Made by a program: the position numbers and the translations under genes. This document shows, one piece after another, positions 43,973-47,153 of a DNA stretch of 47,153 nucleotides. Below the pieces are notes generated by a model. The model saw nothing but the letters and a program-made list of their open reading frames with translations. It did no database searches and was not told the DNA's origin. How positions within the stretch are numbered: the stretch's first letter is position 1; each line of letters starts with the position of its first letter. This DNA is from a virus (lineage: Duplodnaviria > Caudoviricetes), in the IMG/VR virus record IMGVR_UViG_3300030372_004498, positions 1 to 47,153 of that record; one strand, written 5' to 3'.

Positions 43973-44112
43973 TGGACCGCCTAATCTCATGGCTTTACAC
44001 GCGCCGGATATGGGGGCCGCGCTGCCCTGACTTTGACCCGGACTGCCGCGTTTGCCGCCGATGGGCAGAGCATGACGATATGTTTGGCGATAGCAGCACT
44101 ATCCCCCTGTAA
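43972..44112 (+). CDS. Small Cys-containing protein
   Basis: WG.RCPDFDP.C..C..W. Confidence 0.6.
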   Translation: MDRLISWLYTRRIWGPRCPDFDPDCRVCRRWAEHDDMFGDSSTIPL

Positions 44113-44126
44113 CGGGCAATAACAGC

Positions 44127-44408
44127 CTAGCCCCGATCAAGCAAAATGCGCGTGTCTAGGTGGATAGCCTCGGTCCGGCGGTCAACATCGCTCATGTGGC
44201 CCTCTATCTCGGTCAGCCGCACGTTGATTTGCCGCACCTCTGCCAAGACGTATTCCGTCCTATCCTCCGGCGGGGTGCCGTGGCCCACTTCGATGGGGGT
44301 TTTCTTCGCCCCCTTACGAACCGCGAAAACCGCGCTAACGATCCCCGCGATAAGGCCCGCGATGCCAGCCCATGCTTCCGGCTCAATGCTGTTTATAAAA
44401 TGAAGCAT
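44127..44408 (-). CDS. Membrane protein (holin-like, 1 TM + coiled coil)
   Basis: AWAGIAGLIAGIVSAVFAV TM segment; end of the lysis operon. Confidence 0.65.
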   Translation of the reverse strand: MLHFINSIEPEAWAGIAGLIAGIVSAVFAVRKGAKKTPIEVGHGTPPEDRTEYVLAEVRQINVRLTEIEGHMSDVDRRTEAIHLDTRILLDRG

Positions 44409-44820
44409 CAGCAGCAGACCTATACGCAGCGAGAACATCAAAGGCCGCAAGCGCGAGATACACGCCAGCGCCGGTTGTGAGGGCGGCAGATTGCCCACTG
44501 AGCGCAGGTACTGCAAAGAGAACGGCCAAGCCCGCGAATAGGCCCGCGCCGAGAACGGCACCGACACAGCGCAGGATTGGCGAGCGCCGCCAATTGCCGT
44601 TGATAAATAGCCCCGCCATCCGCATAATTGCTATGACAGTCAGAGGCACGGCTAAGGCCACCTCATCTATGCCAAGCTGGCGGAATGCCGCGAATGCAAC
44701 GCTGGTGGAAAGGGTATCGCCGGGGAGCGCCAGCGTTAGGGCAAAGATCAGGATGATAATGCTGTTTTGCCATTCCATGCCCCGGCCATGCTGGAGGAAT
44801 GTGTCGGAGATACGGGTCAT
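44383..44820 (-). CDS. Multi-TM membrane protein in the lysis cassette
   Basis: About 4 hydrophobic segments; R.MEW motif. Confidence 0.75.
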   Translation of the reverse strand: MTRISDTFLQHGRGMEWQNSIIILIFALTLALPGDTLSTSVAFAAFRQLGIDEVALAVPLTVIAIMRMAGLFINGNWRRSPILRCVGAVLGAGLFAGLAVLFAVPALSGQSAALTTGAGVYLALAAFDVLAAYRSAADASFYKQH

Positions 44821-45011
44821 TTGCATCCCGCTTTCAGCTTAGACAAAAGCCGCTCGCCCGTGTCTCTGGATAGCGCCCCGCCGTCATACAGAAGCGCCCC
44901 TGCATGGGTCTTGCGGTCCTGCTCAGTGCCACGGCAAAGCGCGGATTCACTTACTGAGGTCGCGCAGGCGGTCGTTGATAGCGTTAGGGCTACGATCATC
45001 GCTAGGCGCAT
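44817..45011 (-). CDS. o-spanin-like lipoprotein
   Basis: Lipobox-like LSTTAC; overlaps the upstream i-spanin-like gene. Confidence 0.65.
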   Translation of the reverse strand: MRLAMIVALTLSTTACATSVSESALCRGTEQDRKTHAGALLYDGGALSRDTGERLLSKLKAGCK

Positions 45012-45144
45012 CGCTCATCCTTTCTAACGTGTCAGTGTGTTGGATTTGCTCGCGCAGGTCTTCGCGGGCCTCTTTGCCGCCGAGCCAGTACAGCCAGCCC
45101 CCTACGGCGCAGAGGATCACGACCACGACGACAACGCGCGTCAT
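44947..45144 (-). CDS. i-spanin-like protein
   Basis: N-terminal TM VVVVVVILCAVGGWLYWLG plus charged helix; follows the endolysin. Confidence 0.65.
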   Translation of the reverse strand: MTRVVVVVVILCAVGGWLYWLGGKEAREDLREQIQHTDTLERMSDAPSDDRSPNAINDRLRDLSK

Positions 45145-45674
45145 TGCAGCGCCTCTAGGCACAGCTTGCGTTCGGCCCCGCGACGATTGGTCAGGCCGCG
45201 CACTACACGCCCTCCGGCGCGGTTCCAGCGCGGTAGCTGCTCACATGCGCCGCGCAGGTCGCCCGCGTTGGCTTTCCGTGCCAGCGTCGATTTACAGGCC
45301 GCGCCCGTGCCGACATTGTAGGACCATGAGGTAAACGCCACTTGGACGCCTTCGGGGTATGTCGGCAAGCCGGGGATGCAGGCCGCAAGCTGCGCGTGAA
45401 ACTGCTCAACAGCCTTCGCAAGCATGGCATCGCATTCCGCTTTGGTGTATACATCGCCTAGCTTCACGCCCCGCGTCTCGCCATAGCAAACCGTAGGAAT
45501 ATTACGGGCCAGCGCGTCAGGATAGGCCGTTGTTCTCAGCCCTTCCCACGGGCCGATAAACGCAACGGACGCCGCGATAACAGCAGAGATACCCGCCGCC
45601 CCGCGCTTGGTCTTTGGCTTGGTCTTAGAAAACAGGCTTCGCAGCCACGCCATTATCTGCGCAAGGAACTTCAT
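45141..45674 (-). CDS. GH24 lysozyme (SAR-type endolysin)
   Basis: WEGLR..AY.D......PTVCYGET, FTS.SYNVG, GL.NRR..E..LC; Gly/Ala-rich SAR segment. Confidence 0.92.
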   Translation of the reverse strand: MKFLAQIMAWLRSLFSKTKPKTKRGAAGISAVIAASVAFIGPWEGLRTTAYPDALARNIPTVCYGETRGVKLGDVYTKAECDAMLAKAVEQFHAQLAACIPGLPTYPEGVQVAFTSWSYNVGTGAACKSTLARKANAGDLRGACEQLPRWNRAGGRVVRGLTNRRGAERKLCLEALQ

Positions 45675-45883
45675 TCGTCGTCCTCCATGTCGGATTGAGC
45701 CGCCACACGGGCGAACAAGGCCACCGCCGAGATAGCGCCAGAGAACGCCGCTAGGACGCCATCAGGCCAATCGGGGAGCCATAGCTGGGTTGCCACCTCA
45801 ATGCCGCTCAGAGCGCCAGCAAGGATGATTAAACGCACCGACCACGCACGGGTCAGCACTTTGCGCCAGTTCGTCACAAACAT
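45671..45883 (-). CDS. Holin
   Basis: NWRKVL.RAWSVRL, 2 TM segments, directly upstream of the endolysin. Confidence 0.75.
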   Translation of the reverse strand: MFVTNWRKVLTRAWSVRLIILAGALSGIEVATQLWLPDWPDGVLAAFSGAISAVALFARVAAQSDMEDDE

Positions 45884-45893
45884 ATGTCACCTG

Positions 45894-46091
45894 TTATTTA
45901 GGAAAGCGCCGCTCATAGCTGCTGCGGCAGTGGTTCCGCTCATCACGGCGAAACACGCGGTCAAAGGTCAGCACCCACACTCACCACAATCCCCGGTCAC
46001 GACGCCACCACGCAAACGCGCATAGCGTCATGTCCCAGCCCGTCAGCCAGCGACACAAGCGGCGGCTAACGGCTTCGCAGAGGGGGAGCAT
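45894..46091 (-). pseudogene. Small phage gene with an in-frame TGA at codon 37
   Basis: MLPLCEAVSRRL...GLW*VWVLTFDRVF...NHCRSSYERRFPK; the frame stays open past the TGA at 45981-45983. Confidence 0.55.
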
Positions 46092-46093
46092 TA

Positions 46094-47153
46094 TCACGCC
46101 CGCTGAATAATTTCGGTGACGAAGTTCCAGTTCCGCGACGTTGAGAGGTTTTGCGCCTGCAAGTCACCGCCCGACATAGCGAAAGTCAGCGCTGTCGGAG
46201 AACCCAGATAATCTGATACAATCGTGGTATTCGACAGCGTACCGTTGCCCTCAATGGTCACATAAGCCACGAAGGAACTTGAGCCTGAAGAACTCGCCCG
46301 CCCGATCCCAGTCACCTTTGCGATCACTGTTGCGCTGCCACGCTGCGCAGCGGTTAGAACCGTTTGATTTGCCGCCGTGTTGCCGTTCACAAAGAAGTTT
46401 TTCAGGTGGTTGTTGAATAGGTCCAAACCGTTGACCGCAAGCAGACTGCCGATGTTGGCATTGGAATTGGTATGCAAGCCGCTTGCTCGGTCATATTGCA
46501 AATAAGTTGAACCAGAGCCGAAGGTCGCGCCGTTCTTAACTAGGCGTTGCGCATCCGCCCAAGCGGGCAAAACAACAATCTCACTATTCCCCGACAGAAC
46601 GGCGCTCACCCAATTCTTGAAGGTGGTATATTGCCCGCCCAAGAAAGAATAGCCCTGCGTGTTCACCGATTCAGACTTTACCAAATACCGGGAGGCCGCG
46701 TTGTTGGCGAATACCTCGCCGCCGATGAATTGCACCTTGGGGGCATCCCCACTAGCCCCGGCATTGGCAAATACTTCAACCACACAATCAACAGTGTTGC
46801 CCCCCGCCACCTCGATATAACACTCGGAAAGCGTCAGGATGCCCCCAGCACCATAGCTGATTTCTGGCTTGGTGCCATCGGCCACGCTGTTACCCTCAAT
46901 CGTGGTGCCGATGAATTTGATGTTCCGTGAAGTCGAGTAAATACCCTGTTGCTGGTTTTGCTCAATCCGGCCCCCAAAGAACTGACTGCCCTGAAATGAT
47001 CCGGCTGGATCATTAAAGCCGATAGTATTCCCGCGCAGGTCTATGTTGTGAAATTCGCAGCAAATACTTTCATAGCTGCCCACCTCGCCGTCCCCATCAA
47101 ATGGCACATCAAGCCCCCAAAGGCGGCAGTCGACCAGCTTGCAAGAGGACGCC
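46094..47153 (-). CDS. Tailspike/depolymerase, 3' part (right-handed beta-helix)
   Basis: Asn/Gly/Ile-rich beta-helix-like repeats (FFGGRIEQN, FIGTTIEGN, LSECYIE); in frame with 1-1190 across the junction. Confidence 0.85.
   Translation of the reverse strand, partial: ASSCKLVDCRLWGLDVPFDGDGEVGSYESICCEFHNIDLRGNTIGFNDPAGSFQGSQFFGGRIEQNQQQGIYSTSRNIKFIGTTIEGNSVADGTKPEISYGAGGILTLSECYIEVAGGNTVDCVVEVFANAGASGDAPKVQFIGGEVFANNAASRYLVKSESVNTQGYSFLGGQYTTFKNWVSAVLSGNSEIVVLPAWADAQRLVKNGATFGSGSTYLQYDRASGLHTNSNANIGSLLAVNGLDLFNNHLKNFFVNGNTAANQTVLTAAQRGSATVIAKVTGIGRASSSGSSSFVAYVTIEGNGTLSNTTIVSDYLGSPTALTFAMSGGDLQAQNLSTSRNWNFVTEIIQRA
47055..47153 (+). repeat. Terminal direct repeat copy 2 (assembly overlap)
   Basis: Identical to 1-99. 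Confidence 0.95.

Larger units (their letters stand above)
1..47153. mobile_element. Complete temperate siphovirus genome (circular contig)
   Basis: Full set of packaging, head, tail, lysis, immunity, replication and integration genes; terminal 99-bp identity; intact attP-like site beside the integrase. Confidence 0.95.

Overview
The window is an apparently complete, circularly assembled genome (about 47,054 bp unique; bases 1-99 are repeated exactly at 47055-47153) of a temperate siphovirus, probably infecting an alphaproteobacterium (Rhodobacteraceae-like; inference). The minus strand carries a Cro-like gene, a replication/methylase block, a DUF6456/Q-like late regulator, terS, terL, portal, head, tail and tape-measure genes, a beta-helix tailspike that spans the contig junction, and the lysis genes. 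The plus strand carries a CI-like repressor, many small early genes (Sak/Rad52 recombinase, SSB, NinB, RNase H, DUF1364), xis and a tyrosine integrase, followed by an attP resembling the 3' end of a tRNA. The most unusual region is a 4-kb module at 39.9-44.1 kb. It has back-to-back promoters with an RHH regulator, a catalytically dead resolvase-fold/GIY-YIG fusion, and two divergent arrays of tiny unrelated genes. Nearly every gene junction in these arrays carries a conserved motif (RTCYRNATAGGAG on the minus strand; RTCCA-N4/5-CCCCGGAGGC on the plus strand). A lone gene 16 kb away is flanked by two copies of the minus-strand motif, which suggests a system of mobile gene cassettes. Other notable points: a portal-Acb1 (2H phosphoesterase) fusion; an HNH moron that appears to have replaced the 5' end of the gene it invaded; a shared HNH leader architecture; a P22 immI-like arc/arc/antirepressor block inserted in the tail operon; a G/GT -1 frameshift; and a long structured late leader. 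All family assignments come from visual motif recognition, not database searches.
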